A stretch of 64,000 bases of DNA, taken from a virus. This document shows positions 40,026 to 49,200 of this stretch, in pieces. The stretch is from positions 1-64,000 of IMG/VR virus record IMGVR_UViG_3300047172_000052. One strand, written 5' to 3'. Positions within the stretch are counted from its first letter, which is position 1. Every line of letters starts with the position of its first letter. The notes under the pieces were generated by a model. It made no database searches. It saw only the letters and a program-made list of their open reading frames with translations, and had not been told where the DNA came from. Position numbers and translations under genes: made by a program.

Positions 40026-40808
40026 GTAGCTCTGCCTCCTCTTTGCTGTGTCACTCTCGATGTCCAGAAGGTAACCCATAATCACGTCTCACGTCAAGCG
40101 CAAAATGCGCCTACTGCATCGTTTTCTCCATAAGCGATTTGGTCAGGATGCGGTTGACCAGCGCCCAGACCGACTGCCGCCGCTCGTAGCGGCTGATGAC
40201 CCCACGATGACGGAGAGGGCGAACAAGGGGGCGCTCCCCCTCGTCGATGGTGAACAGGTAGTCCCCTGTCTCACCCTCGGCACCCGTCGCCTTCATGACC
40301 AGACGCCCGATCTCTCGGACGGACGCACCGTCCGGATCGTCCCAGGCCTCGACCTTGACGACGATCACAAGATGCCCAGCGACGTCCGCAGCGCCACCTC
40401 GAAGGCGGTGACACCTTCTTTGAACCCCTCGTCGAATTCCTTCGACGTATTCGTGTCGGCTCCGGCCTGCTCCAGGAGGGTCTTGGTTGTCTCCTCGATC
40501 AACGCCAAGATCGCTGCCTTATCCATTGGTCATGGTCTCCTCTTGCTGCAGTTCATATTCGGTCCACTCCAGAAGCGCCGCCTTACCGTCAGCGCGCTTC
40601 TCGATGATCTTGACATCATCCTTGGACCGCATGGCAAGGACTTGCGGCACAGTAACCCATGCCCTGCGCCTGACTGGTCTCAGGGGTCTGGTGCCAAGCT
40701 CCAAGATGCCGTGGTCAGGGCAGTCCATGTGGAAGGTGTGCTTTAGCGCGCCATCGACCCCCATGACGCCTCCGGCACGCCGCCCAGGGACGCTGCTGCA
40801 GAGGCAGG

Positions 40809-41537
40809 TCACGTCAGCAGCCCTGCGACTGGACCGGAGCCGACACCCGTGGTGATGCTGACGCGGTCGGCGGCTGCTGCTCCCGCTGCGACGACGCCCA
40901 GGTGTTTGGTCGTCTTCCGACCGGAGTGAGAACGCAGGCTGAGCGACAAGGCCTTGAAAGCCTCCTCCACCTCGGCGTTCTTGACCAGCACGATGTCACG
41001 TCCGGTGCGACCGCTGCCGGCATCGACTGTGGCGTTGCGCGCTGCCTTCATCGCCCTCAGGCGTTCGTTCAGGCGATTGATCATACCGATCTCGAATGCC
41101 TTGCGCAGCGTCCTGCCGTGGGGGCGAATGCTCGGCGGAAGCGGCGCCACCTCCGAGTCGTAATAGCCCTTCCAGGCCGAATTCATGGCGCCATGAAAGA
41201 GGTGGATGAGGTAGGTCGCGACGGCGACGTCACTCTCTCGCCCGAGGAACTTGATGCCAGACTGCACTCCTGAGCGTGTTCCCCAGCACTTGACGTCGCA
41301 GAAAGCGGCGATCGTCATCGCCGAATAGGCGACGGCACCTATCTGCTTGCCCTTTGCGAAGTAGGTGTCCTGGGTGATGGCCTCCTTCTCCTCCAGGTCG
41401 GCCTCCGCGAAACCATGGGCGTCCATCAACTCGGCGAGCTTCGCTGCCGCTGCAAACGCCTCGGCCTCGGTGCAGCCGTTCTCCACGGTGCGCGCCGCCA
41501 GCGCCTTGATCTTCGCGAGGATCGCCTGGTTACCCAT
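40809..41537 (-). CDS. DUF2786 domain protein
   Basis: LAKIKAL.A.T..NGCTEAEA.AA..K..ELM..HG; GRESDV.VA; RKAF..G. Confidence 0.8.
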   Translation of the reverse strand: MGNQAILAKIKALAARTVENGCTEAEAFAAAAKLAELMDAHGFAEADLEEKEAITQDTYFAKGKQIGAVAYSAMTIAAFCDVKCWGTRSGVQSGIKFLGRESDVAVATYLIHLFHGAMNSAWKGYYDSEVAPLPPSIRPHGRTLRKAFEIGMINRLNERLRAMKAARNATVDAGSGRTGRDIVLVKNAEVEEAFKALSLSLRSHSGRKTTKHLGVVAAGAAAADRVSITTGVGSGPVAGLLT

Positions 41538-41554
41538 GTGTGCAGTTCTCCTTC

Positions 41555-41920
41555 TTACCAGTTCACAATCTTTTTCTGGGACATGACTTCGAAATATCGC
41601 CGTCCCGCATCGGCCTTTGCCTTCAGTGGTTCCAGTTCGGCGGCAGGAGCACCAAGGCGCTTCGCCCTCAAGTAGGCTTCTACGTCCTTGGACAACTGCT
41701 TGCTTGTCGCGCCATTTCGATAGATGCCTCCTCGGATAACCCGGAGAGCCTGCCCGTGCTGCCACGCGTCATAGACGCCGGCACCATACTGAGCTTCGAG
41801 TGCTGCCTGCGCTGTCTCCTGGGTGAGTGGGCTGCAGGGGTAGATATAGAGGACGGCTTCATCCGCCAGTTCACCCGCCTTGATCAGCCAGTTCGAGGTG
41901 TTGGCAGACTCTGTGGCCAT
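41555..41920 (-). CDS. Hypothetical protein
   Basis: First gene after the divergent promoter; RBS present. Confidence 0.6.
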   Translation of the reverse strand: MATESANTSNWLIKAGELADEAVLYIYPCSPLTQETAQAALEAQYGAGVYDAWQHGQALRVIRGGIYRNGATSKQLSKDVEAYLRAKRLGAPAAELEPLKAKADAGRRYFEVMSQKKIVNW

Positions 41921-41959
41921 TCCTCAGTTCTCCTTCTCCGTGGCATTCATTCGATGCCC

Positions 41960-42062
41960 CCCTTATACCAGCACCGTGTCAGCCAGTCCAGAAATAAATG
42001 CGCCTGTGGCGTCGTTTTCCTGTTGACGGTCCCGTCAGTATATCTTACAAGGGGTCATCGAA
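41960..42062. promoter_or_regulatory. Divergent palindrome-type promoters
   Basis: tgcgcctgtggcgtc (41999) with TTGACG on + and a TATAAG -10 box on -; catcga leader on both sides. Confidence 0.55.
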
Positions 42063-42085
42063 ACGGAGCGAGGAGGCAAGACGGT

Positions 42086-44299
42086 ATGCGTGACGTGGTC
42101 GGCTTGATGGATCGGGACGTCGAGGTCAGCGGGCTGGAGGAAGTCGGGACATTCACCATCCAGGCCAATGCCAAGGCCTTCAAAATCCTGATCGATGGGC
42201 TCTACTCCGACAAGATTCGCGCCATCATCCGTGAACTGTGGGCGAACGCCTTCGACAGTCATTGCATGGCTGGCATCGCCCATCGCCCGTTCTTCTCCCG
42301 TCTGCCGACCCGGTTCGACACCACATTCTCGGTGCGGGACTTCGGTGTGAGCCTGACGCACGAGCAGGTGATGAAGCTCTACACCACCGTCTTCGCCTCC
42401 ACGAAGGAGGACACCAATGCGCAGGTCGGCAAGTTCGGCCTGGGATCGAAGACCCCGTTCGCCTACACCGACAGCTTCAGCGTCGTCGCGATCCTCGATG
42501 GTGAGAAGCGCACCTACAACGCCTACATCGACAGCAAGGGCATCCCCCGCATCGCGCTGTTCTCCCGCGAGGAGACCGACGAGGAGCAGGGCCTGGAGAT
42601 TTCCTTCTCGGTGAAGGATAGCGACATCAAAGCGTTCTCGCGTGCCGCGCAGCGCGTCGCCCTCGGCTTCGACGTGATCCCCGAGACGAACGGCGTGATC
42701 ACGAAGACCGAGTTGACGACCGTGTTCGAGGGCAATGGATGGCGCGTCGTGACGCCCGACTGGAACACCGGTCTGAATGGCGCCCTGGTGCGCCAGGGCT
42801 GCGTGCTCTATCCGGTCGATCGTCAGGCGCTGACCGCCGTGAAGCATTCGGCGGCTGTCGACAGCCTCGCCGGAGAGACTGTCATCCTCGATATGCCGAT
42901 CGGCAGCGTCGATATCACGCCGTCGCGTGAGAGCCTGTCCTACGATCCGATCACCGCAGGCAATCTGATCGCCAAGTTCGAGGAGATCGCGCAGGAGTTT
43001 CTCCGGCAGGCGGAAGACAAGATCAGCAATTCCAAGACGTGGCTGGAGGCCATCCGCAACCGCGTCGACGTGCTGGGTGCGATCAGCAGCGAGAAGATGA
43101 AGGAATTCATCTCCCAGCGGTTGGCGTGGCGCGGTCGGACGATTCCCGTCCATATCAACATCACTTCGAAGCAGCTTCAGCTTCTGCGCCTCAAGGGTGT
43201 CAACCTCCACGACATCAAGAGCGAGCGTAAGCGCGGCGGCGGCTATAAATACTATGCGATGGCATGCAGCAACTTCAGCAGCGTCCCGCACAAGCTGCCG
43301 ACTTTCGTCTATGCGGAGGGGGATTCGCCGCGTCATCTCGGTCCTCGTCTGGCTGCGGCGAGGCATGCGCATGGGGACGTCTACTACATCCCGAACTTCA
43401 AGCTCGGTTCGTGGGGGCACAAGGCAATCCTGGCCATGCTGGGGCGCCCCGACGACGAAGACGTCAAGTTCGTCGACATCGAGACGTTCCCCTACGTCAA
43501 GCCCGACTACAAGAAGACATTGGCGTCCTTGACGCAGTGGGATTCGAGCCGAGACGCTTTCGCCCCCCCGCGTGTCGAGATCGAGCCAGACCAGGAGAAC
43601 GTCTTCTACGTTCACACCTTCAAGGGCGATCCGCGCCACGGCGAGCGCTATGTGAGCCTGCGCATCTTGGCGCAGGTTTGGGACGGTCTGGCGGGCGCCA
43701 AGCTGCTGCCGTCTGATGCCGTTCTGGTCGGCATCCCTGCGTCCCGTAAGGACATCGCGAACAACATCCCCGAGTCCTGGGCGAGCTTCTTCGACTGGGT
43801 GTCGGAAGTGATCGCCGAGAAGTTCGATGCCGAAGTTGCCTCGAAGGCGATGGCAGCGAACACGATCAAGGGCGAGAGAGACCAGGGCAACCGGAAGATC
43901 ATCACCGTGCTGGACAGCCTGCGCCCACACGCATCACTGCTGACGCATGGGGATTCGTTTGCCCGAACTGTGCTCGAAGAAACGGCGCTGTATGGGGAGA
44001 CTGTTCCGGACGGTCCATTCCAGCTTTCCCTCGTGGAACTGATCCGCGCGCTGTTCATGGCGACCGAATCCGACGCGATCCTTTCCAAGATCGACGAGAA
44101 GCCGCACACCGCTGGTTTCTATAAGCTCCTGAAGGCCTTCAACAAGGCCTACCCGATCGTCAGGGTCATCGCTATGGCCAGCGGTTACTACAACACGCCG
44201 AACCTCGCCCATGACGAAGTCCTTGAAGTCTTTGACTACCTAAACTTCAAGGACGCCCAGGCGGCGCAAGCCCGGCAGGACGACGTCGCCTGGGGCTGA
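42086..44299 (+). CDS. rIIA: RIIA-like protein (GHKL ATPase N-terminus)
   Basis: LYSDKIRAIIREL..NA.DSH, RDFG, STK..TN..VG.FGLGSK.PFAY, TPSRESLSY. Confidence 0.9.
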   Translation: MRDVVGLMDRDVEVSGLEEVGTFTIQANAKAFKILIDGLYSDKIRAIIRELWANAFDSHCMAGIAHRPFFSRLPTRFDTTFSVRDFGVSLTHEQVMKLYTTVFASTKEDTNAQVGKFGLGSKTPFAYTDSFSVVAILDGEKRTYNAYIDSKGIPRIALFSREETDEEQGLEISFSVKDSDIKAFSRAAQRVALGFDVIPETNGVITKTELTTVFEGNGWRVVTPDWNTGLNGALVRQGCVLYPVDRQALTAVKHSAAVDSLAGETVILDMPIGSVDITPSRESLSYDPITAGNLIAKFEEIAQEFLRQAEDKISNSKTWLEAIRNRVDVLGAISSEKMKEFISQRLAWRGRTIPVHINITSKQLQLLRLKGVNLHDIKSERKRGGGYKYYAMACSNFSSVPHKLPTFVYAEGDSPRHLGPRLAAARHAHGDVYYIPNFKLGSWGHKAILAMLGRPDDEDVKFVDIETFPYVKPDYKKTLASLTQWDSSRDAFAPPRVEIEPDQENVFYVHTFKGDPRHGERYVSLRILAQVWDGLAGAKLLPSDAVLVGIPASRKDIANNIPESWASFFDWVSEVIAEKFDAEVASKAMAANTIKGERDQGNRKIITVLDSLRPHASLLTHGDSFARTVLEETALYGETVPDGPFQLSLVELIRALFMATESDAILSKIDEKPHTAGFYKLLKAFNKAYPIVRVIAMASGYYNTPNLAHDEVLEVFDYLNFKDAQAAQARQDDVAWG

Positions 44300-44404
44300 A
44301 ACTTTCTGTGCCTGGGGCTGTTTTTGCTGTTGACGTGCGTGACGCGCGGTGACATAGTGCTCCCAACGAAATGTGCTTCCAGATGTGAAAAGGAGATGGT
44401 GCGA

Positions 44405-45175
44405 ATGGTGAAGGTTCCCTACACGATCACACCGACCGCGATTTCGGTCCTGGTCAACAACCGGATGCGGGTGCTGAACAGCACCAACGTGAACTTCGGC
44501 GCGCTGCGGGATCACCTGCGGCTGGCGGACCATGACGTCGATCTGATCGCCGACCTCGTCGACATCTCCACCTTCATCGCCCGTGCGACGTTCGGTCGCG
44601 TCCAGATCGGCGATGCCGGCGTCAAGTGGGACGGCACCAATGTCGGCAACGTCATCGCCGATCGCCTGCTGGAACTGCTGCGCGGCGGCCATGACCTGGA
44701 GCCGCTGGCGCGGTTCCTTGAACGCCTGATGGAGAACCCGCTGCAGACGGCGAAGGACGAACTCTACCTGTGGCTGGAGAGCGGCAACGCCCCGATCACG
44801 CCGGACGGCTACTTCCTGGCGTTCAAGGCGGTTCGTCACGACTACAAGGACAAGTATTCCGGCACGTTCGACAATTCGGTCGGGCAGATCGTCTCCATGC
44901 CTCGCGAACAGGTCGACCCCGATCGGCAAAATGAGTGCTCGCGTGGGCTGCACTTCTGCTCGCACGACTATCTGCAGAACTTCGCCAGCCAGGGCAATCC
45001 GATCATGATCGTCAAGATCGATCCGGCGGACGTCGTTGCGATCCTGAAGGACTACAACAACCAGAAGGGACGCACGTGGCGCTACGAGGTGGTCGGCGAG
45101 GTCCCGCAGGACGAGACGGCGAGCTTTTTTCCAAGGGCGACCTGTGGTGCAGGTGTATTCGGCGCCGGTCGATGA
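44405..45175 (+). CDS. rIIB: RIIB-like protein, N-terminal part (frameshift near 45125-45130)
   Basis: FLERLMENP....DELY.WLE....PIT.DG.FLAFK.V..DY.D..SG, MPR..V, CS.GLH, YEVVGE. Confidence 0.88.
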   Translation: MVKVPYTITPTAISVLVNNRMRVLNSTNVNFGALRDHLRLADHDVDLIADLVDISTFIARATFGRVQIGDAGVKWDGTNVGNVIADRLLELLRGGHDLEPLARFLERLMENPLQTAKDELYLWLESGNAPITPDGYFLAFKAVRHDYKDKYSGTFDNSVGQIVSMPREQVDPDRQNECSRGLHFCSHDYLQNFASQGNPIMIVKIDPADVVAILKDYNNQKGRTWRYEVVGEVPQDETASFFPRATCGAGVFGAGR

Positions 45176-45683
45176 AGAAGGTGTCGAGGCCGATGACGAC
45201 GGCGACGACATCGTGGGGAGCGACGAGACGGAGGACGTCGATGGGAGTGGTCTGAAGATCGAGGACGTCAACGTCGGCGACAGCTTACTCTGCCTCCGCG
45301 ATGAGGAAGACATGACTGAGGGCAACACCTACGTCGTGATCGACCTGAGCGAAGAATTCTCTGAGGTTATGGTTACCGATGATGCCGAGAACGAGTCCTG
45401 GTGCGACGTCTCCCTCTTCAAGAAGGTCGATCCTGTCGTCGGACATTTCGCCCCCGCCGAGAGCGTCGTCGAGCCGGCGCCGGAACCCGAGGATGATGTA
45501 GTCACCGAGGCGGCGCCCGGCACGCCGGAACTGATGTTCACCGCGAAGGGCGGCAGGTCCTACCTCGCCAGCGAGGTGCGAAACCTGCTCAGCGAGCATG
45601 GGCAGCGCGGCATGTCCCGCCTGACCGGCGTGCCCCGAACGACGATCCAGGATTGGGTGAAGGCGATCAACGCCAACGCCTGA
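45144..45683 (+). CDS. Acidic protein with C-terminal HTH; probably the +1-frame continuation of rIIB
   Basis: No RBS; joins rIIB if one T is removed from the T6 run; HTH GQRGMSRLTGVPRTTIQDW. Confidence 0.6.
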   Translation: MVQVYSAPVDEEGVEADDDGDDIVGSDETEDVDGSGLKIEDVNVGDSLLCLRDEEDMTEGNTYVVIDLSEEFSEVMVTDDAENESWCDVSLFKKVDPVVGHFAPAESVVEPAPEPEDDVVTEAAPGTPELMFTAKGGRSYLASEVRNLLSEHGQRGMSRLTGVPRTTIQDWVKAINANA

Positions 45684-45693
45684 TCCAGCCAGG

Positions 45694-45804
45694 GAGAGGG
45701 AGCATCGACTGGTAGATGCGAACGATGTCGAGAGCGACGTGGGATCGATCGTCACCCATTAGCACCGCTTCGTTGGGGAGGTTCGAATCCTCTTCCTCTC
45801 ACCA
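45694..45804 (+). ncRNA. tRNA-like RNA with a 44-nt expanded anticodon loop and encoded CCA
   Basis: Acceptor gagaggg/tcctctc-ACCA, D stem gcatc/gatgc, stem aacga/tcgtt, T arm ggagg-TTCGAAT-cctct. Confidence 0.7.
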
Positions 45805-45818
45805 TCTTGCTAGTTTCT

Positions 45819-45916
45819 TCCGGTGCCACTTGCAATGGCCTTGATGACCGAAAGTCCGGCGCTGGACAAGTAGGACTGAGCCTGAACAGGGGGTGGAACT
45901 CCCCCGACCGGAGCCA
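45819..45916 (+). ncRNA. Degenerate tRNA-like RNA with encoded CCA
   Basis: tccggt/accgga-GCCA, T-like arm ggggg-tggaact-ccccc, inner hairpins gtcc/ggac and agg/cct; no canonical anticodon loop. Confidence 0.5.
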
Positions 45917-45937
45917 TTTTTGAGAGGAGAACTGTCC

Positions 45938-46321
45938 TTGCCCATCATCTTCCAGCACCGCGTCTACCGCTCCGACCTGCAGAACAATCCGGACGTCCTC
46001 TACCTGTTCGGCGACAACGATGAGCGCACGGGCTACGGAGGACAGGCTGGCGAGATGCGGGACGAGGAGAACGCGGTCGGCGTGCGGACGAAGTTCCGAC
46101 CTGGAATGGAACGCCGAGACTTCTTCAACGATAGCTTCTACAGGGACGCGTGTGAGATGATCTACACCGACCTGGAACGGGCGCGTGAGCACCTGGAGAA
46201 GGGTGGCGTCCTGGTCATTCCTTCGGATGGACTCGGCACAGGTCTGTCCCGGCTTCCGGAACTGGCGCCGCGCATCAATGCGTATCTGGTCGAGGAACTG
46301 GAGAAGCTGAAGGAGTTGTAG
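45938..46321 (+). CDS. Conserved phage protein (LFGDN..R.G.GGQA family)
   Basis: gaggag RBS and TTG start; GLGTGLSRL motif. Confidence 0.7.
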   Translation: MPIIFQHRVYRSDLQNNPDVLYLFGDNDERTGYGGQAGEMRDEENAVGVRTKFRPGMERRDFFNDSFYRDACEMIYTDLERAREHLEKGGVLVIPSDGLGTGLSRLPELAPRINAYLVEELEKLKEL

Positions 46322-46613
46322 GACGTGTGCATGCGCACCTGCCCCTGCTGCGGCTCGAATGACCACGTCGGCCCATTATACGGTCTCGGCGGTTCGGTGA
46401 TCTATTGCAACCGCTGCCCCGCAGTCCTGGCGAACCGGCGTGACATCGAAGCCGCTCCGATCGACCTGACGGAGGCGCAGGCCGAAGACTGGATGTGGCG
46501 TGGCTCCGGCGTGCTGTCAGGCGCTGAAGCACTTGACCCTGCTGACGACGAAATGTTCGGGCCAAACCGCTGGCCTGTTCCTGCTTCTTCCCCCTGAACC
46601 AAGGAGACTGTCC

Positions 46614-47033
46614 ATGTCCGACGAAACCCACTGCTGTGACGCTGCCACACCCGACGAAGCCCCCCGCCACAAGGCGACCCTCGCCGATCAGTGCCGCAAG
46701 CTGTTCGGGGAGGCCTTCCTCCTCAAGGAGGCGGCAATCAAGGCCGAGTCCGATGCGCTAGGCGCCGATTGGACGTTCGGCGTCAACCAAGCGAACCTGG
46801 AGATCGAAAGCGTCCGTGGAGACCTGCTCAACGCAGCACGCAACATGGAATCCAGGCTCTACATCTGTGCCGGCTACTACGAGCCGGGTGAGCAGCAACC
46901 GTCCATCAGCCAGATCGCCTACGCCGTGACGATCGCCGAACTGCTGACGCTGGACGGCTTCACGGCGGACATGGAGGTCAAGTCGACCGGAGGCACGTGC
47001 CGTCTGATCGGGGTCATGGTCGACTGGAACTGA
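46614..47033 (+). CDS. Hypothetical protein
   Basis: aaggag RBS; codon bias. Confidence 0.6.
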   Translation: MSDETHCCDAATPDEAPRHKATLADQCRKLFGEAFLLKEAAIKAESDALGADWTFGVNQANLEIESVRGDLLNAARNMESRLYICAGYYEPGEQQPSISQIAYAVTIAELLTLDGFTADMEVKSTGGTCRLIGVMVDWN

Positions 47034-47046
47034 TCTAGCGACAGTC

Positions 47047-47376
47047 ATGAAGATAACCGGGGCTGAGTGGAAGGAATTCGAAAAGACCGGATGGCCTGAG
47101 GGCTACGTCTGGTATGAGGATTCCGTCTTCGAGGATGGAACAGACCTGTATCTAGCGAACGGCAACATCCGCTTCGCAGATGCTGAGACGTTCGTCCTTC
47201 CCGAGTCCTGGTGCATCGTCCCGGAGTCCTTAGTCTCGTCAGAGACTTTGTCGCTGCGATCGGTGGTCAAGAGGTGGCGCAAGGTTCGCGAATTCGTAAT
47301 GCTCGTCGTGACGGTTACGCGTGGCCAGGAAGAAGCTGCGAAAAAGCTCATTGCTTCGGCTGGCTGGAAGTGCTGA
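47047..47376 (+). CDS. Hypothetical protein
   Basis: 109-aa ORF overlapping the helicase start. Confidence 0.6.
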   Translation: MKITGAEWKEFEKTGWPEGYVWYEDSVFEDGTDLYLANGNIRFADAETFVLPESWCIVPESLVSSETLSLRSVVKRWRKVREFVMLVVTVTRGQEEAAKKLIASAGWKC

Positions 47377-49190
47377 TCGACTACCAAGACGGCGTCTACA
47401 TAGCGAACATCGCCTTCCAAGAAAGGGCGATGTTCGCCGATGCCCATTGGGTGTTCAGCGAGACGCGCAAGCGGTGGGTGACGTCCGACCCGGATAAGGC
47501 ATTTGCCTTCAAGGCGTTCACCTCCCAGGCGGCGCATGACGCCCTGCTGGCGTGGCTTGCTTCGGAGGATGGCGCCGTCCAACTGTCTCGGGCCACTGAC
47601 GCCGACATCGACGTCCCAGTCCCTCCAGGACTGGCTTACGACCCATTCCAGGTTGCCGGCATCGCCTACGCCCACACCAGGAAGGACACCCTGATCGCTG
47701 ATCCTCCAGGCCTCGGCAAGACGATCCAGGCGATCGGCGTGAGCAACTACAACCCCTGGATCAAACGCGTCCTGGTGGTTTGCCCTGGCGGTCTGAAGAA
47801 GAACTGGAGCCGCGAGTGGGAGAAGTGGGACGTCAAGGGGCTCACTGTCGGTATGGCGCGGTCGGTGACGAAGAGTTCCGTCGCCAAGGACGAACAGGGG
47901 AACACCATCAAAGGCTTCAACGGCAAGTCCGTGCGGCGCTCCTGGACCGAACATTTCTGGCCTGACACCCAGGTGGTGGTGGTCAGCTACGAAATGCTGC
48001 CTGACTTCGAGGCGGAAATCCGCAACATGACTTGGGACATGCTCGTCTGTGACGAGGCGCAAAAATTGGTGAGTGAAGGCACCATCCGCACGCGACACGT
48101 CCTCGGCGCCGGGGCGCACACCAAGAAGATCAAGGTCGACGGGAAGATCACCAAGAAGCGCATCCCCACCGTGACGCCGATCCCAGCCAAGAAGCGCCTG
48201 TTCCTGACCGGCACGCCGATCATGTCGCGCCCGCTGGACGTCTGGACGCTGTGCAAGGCATGCGACCCCCACGGCCTGGGCAACAACTGGATGACGTTCG
48301 TCTACACCTACTGCGCGGCACACACGAACTTTGGGCGCCTGGACACCTCCGGCGCCTCTAACCTGGACAAGCTCCAGCGGGGACTGCGCAAGGCGTTCAT
48401 GGTGCGACGGAACAAGGCGGACGTGCTGAAGGACCTGCCGCCGAAGCGCCGGCAACTGATCGAGCTTCCGGCGGACGGCCTCGCCAAGCTGGTCGACCGG
48501 GAAGTCTCCGCAATGGCGCGTGTGCGCGAAGCCCTGAGAGCCTACGAGGCGGCTGCACTCGGGATCGAGCTACCACCGCCCGAGGACTGGACCGGCCTGT
48601 GGGATGTCCTGGAGCGCCGTTTCGGGGGGCTTGCCCACCTGGACTACGCGGAGCGGGCGAAGCACCTCACGCCGGCTGAGCAGGTGGCGTTCGAGGAGAT
48701 GTCGCAGGCCAGGAAGGACTTGGCGGCGGCGAAGATACCGATGGTGGTGGAGCACCTGGAGAACCTGCTGTCGAGCGGGGAGAAGGTGATTTGCTTCTGC
48801 GTTCACACCGAGGTGGCGCAAGCACTCCGTGAGAAGTTCCCCGGCTGCGCATTCATCACCGGCAAGGTGGCGATGGACAAGCGCCAGGATGAAGTCGATC
48901 GCTTCCAGGACGATCCAACCTGCAACCTGCTGGTCGGCAATCTGACTGCTGCCGGTGTTGGCTTCACCATGACGGCTTCGTCTACGGTTGTATGCGCTGA
49001 ACTTGACTGGGTTCCGTCTGTCATGGAACAGGCGGAAGACCGCGCATGGCGACGCGGACAAAAGAACGCCGTCCTGGTTCAGCACCTAGTCGTTGAGGGG
49101 AGCCTAGATGCCCACCTCGTGGAGGTGCTTCTGGCGAAGCAAGAAATTGTTTCTGCGGCGCTTGACGTAAGCCATACTGACGTGCGATAG
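47370..49190 (+). CDS. SNF2 / SMARCAL1-like helicase
   Basis: LIADPPGLGKT, VVCP, DEAQ, LTGTP, RR.K.DVL..LP.K, QAEDRA.R.GQ. Confidence 0.92.
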   Translation: MLIDYQDGVYIANIAFQERAMFADAHWVFSETRKRWVTSDPDKAFAFKAFTSQAAHDALLAWLASEDGAVQLSRATDADIDVPVPPGLAYDPFQVAGIAYAHTRKDTLIADPPGLGKTIQAIGVSNYNPWIKRVLVVCPGGLKKNWSREWEKWDVKGLTVGMARSVTKSSVAKDEQGNTIKGFNGKSVRRSWTEHFWPDTQVVVVSYEMLPDFEAEIRNMTWDMLVCDEAQKLVSEGTIRTRHVLGAGAHTKKIKVDGKITKKRIPTVTPIPAKKRLFLTGTPIMSRPLDVWTLCKACDPHGLGNNWMTFVYTYCAAHTNFGRLDTSGASNLDKLQRGLRKAFMVRRNKADVLKDLPPKRRQLIELPADGLAKLVDREVSAMARVREALRAYEAAALGIELPPPEDWTGLWDVLERRFGGLAHLDYAERAKHLTPAEQVAFEEMSQARKDLAAAKIPMVVEHLENLLSSGEKVICFCVHTEVAQALREKFPGCAFITGKVAMDKRQDEVDRFQDDPTCNLLVGNLTAAGVGFTMTASSTVVCAELDWVPSVMEQAEDRAWRRGQKNAVLVQHLVVEGSLDAHLVEVLLAKQEIVSAALDVSHTDVR

Positions 49191-49200
49191 GACCGCTTAC

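Noticed and set aside
45694-45916. tmRNA, tRNA-Sec or hammerhead ribozyme
   Set aside because: No G3-U70 acceptor or tag ORF, no TCA anticodon loop, and ttgatga-cc-gaaa lacks the CUGAUGA core and stem II
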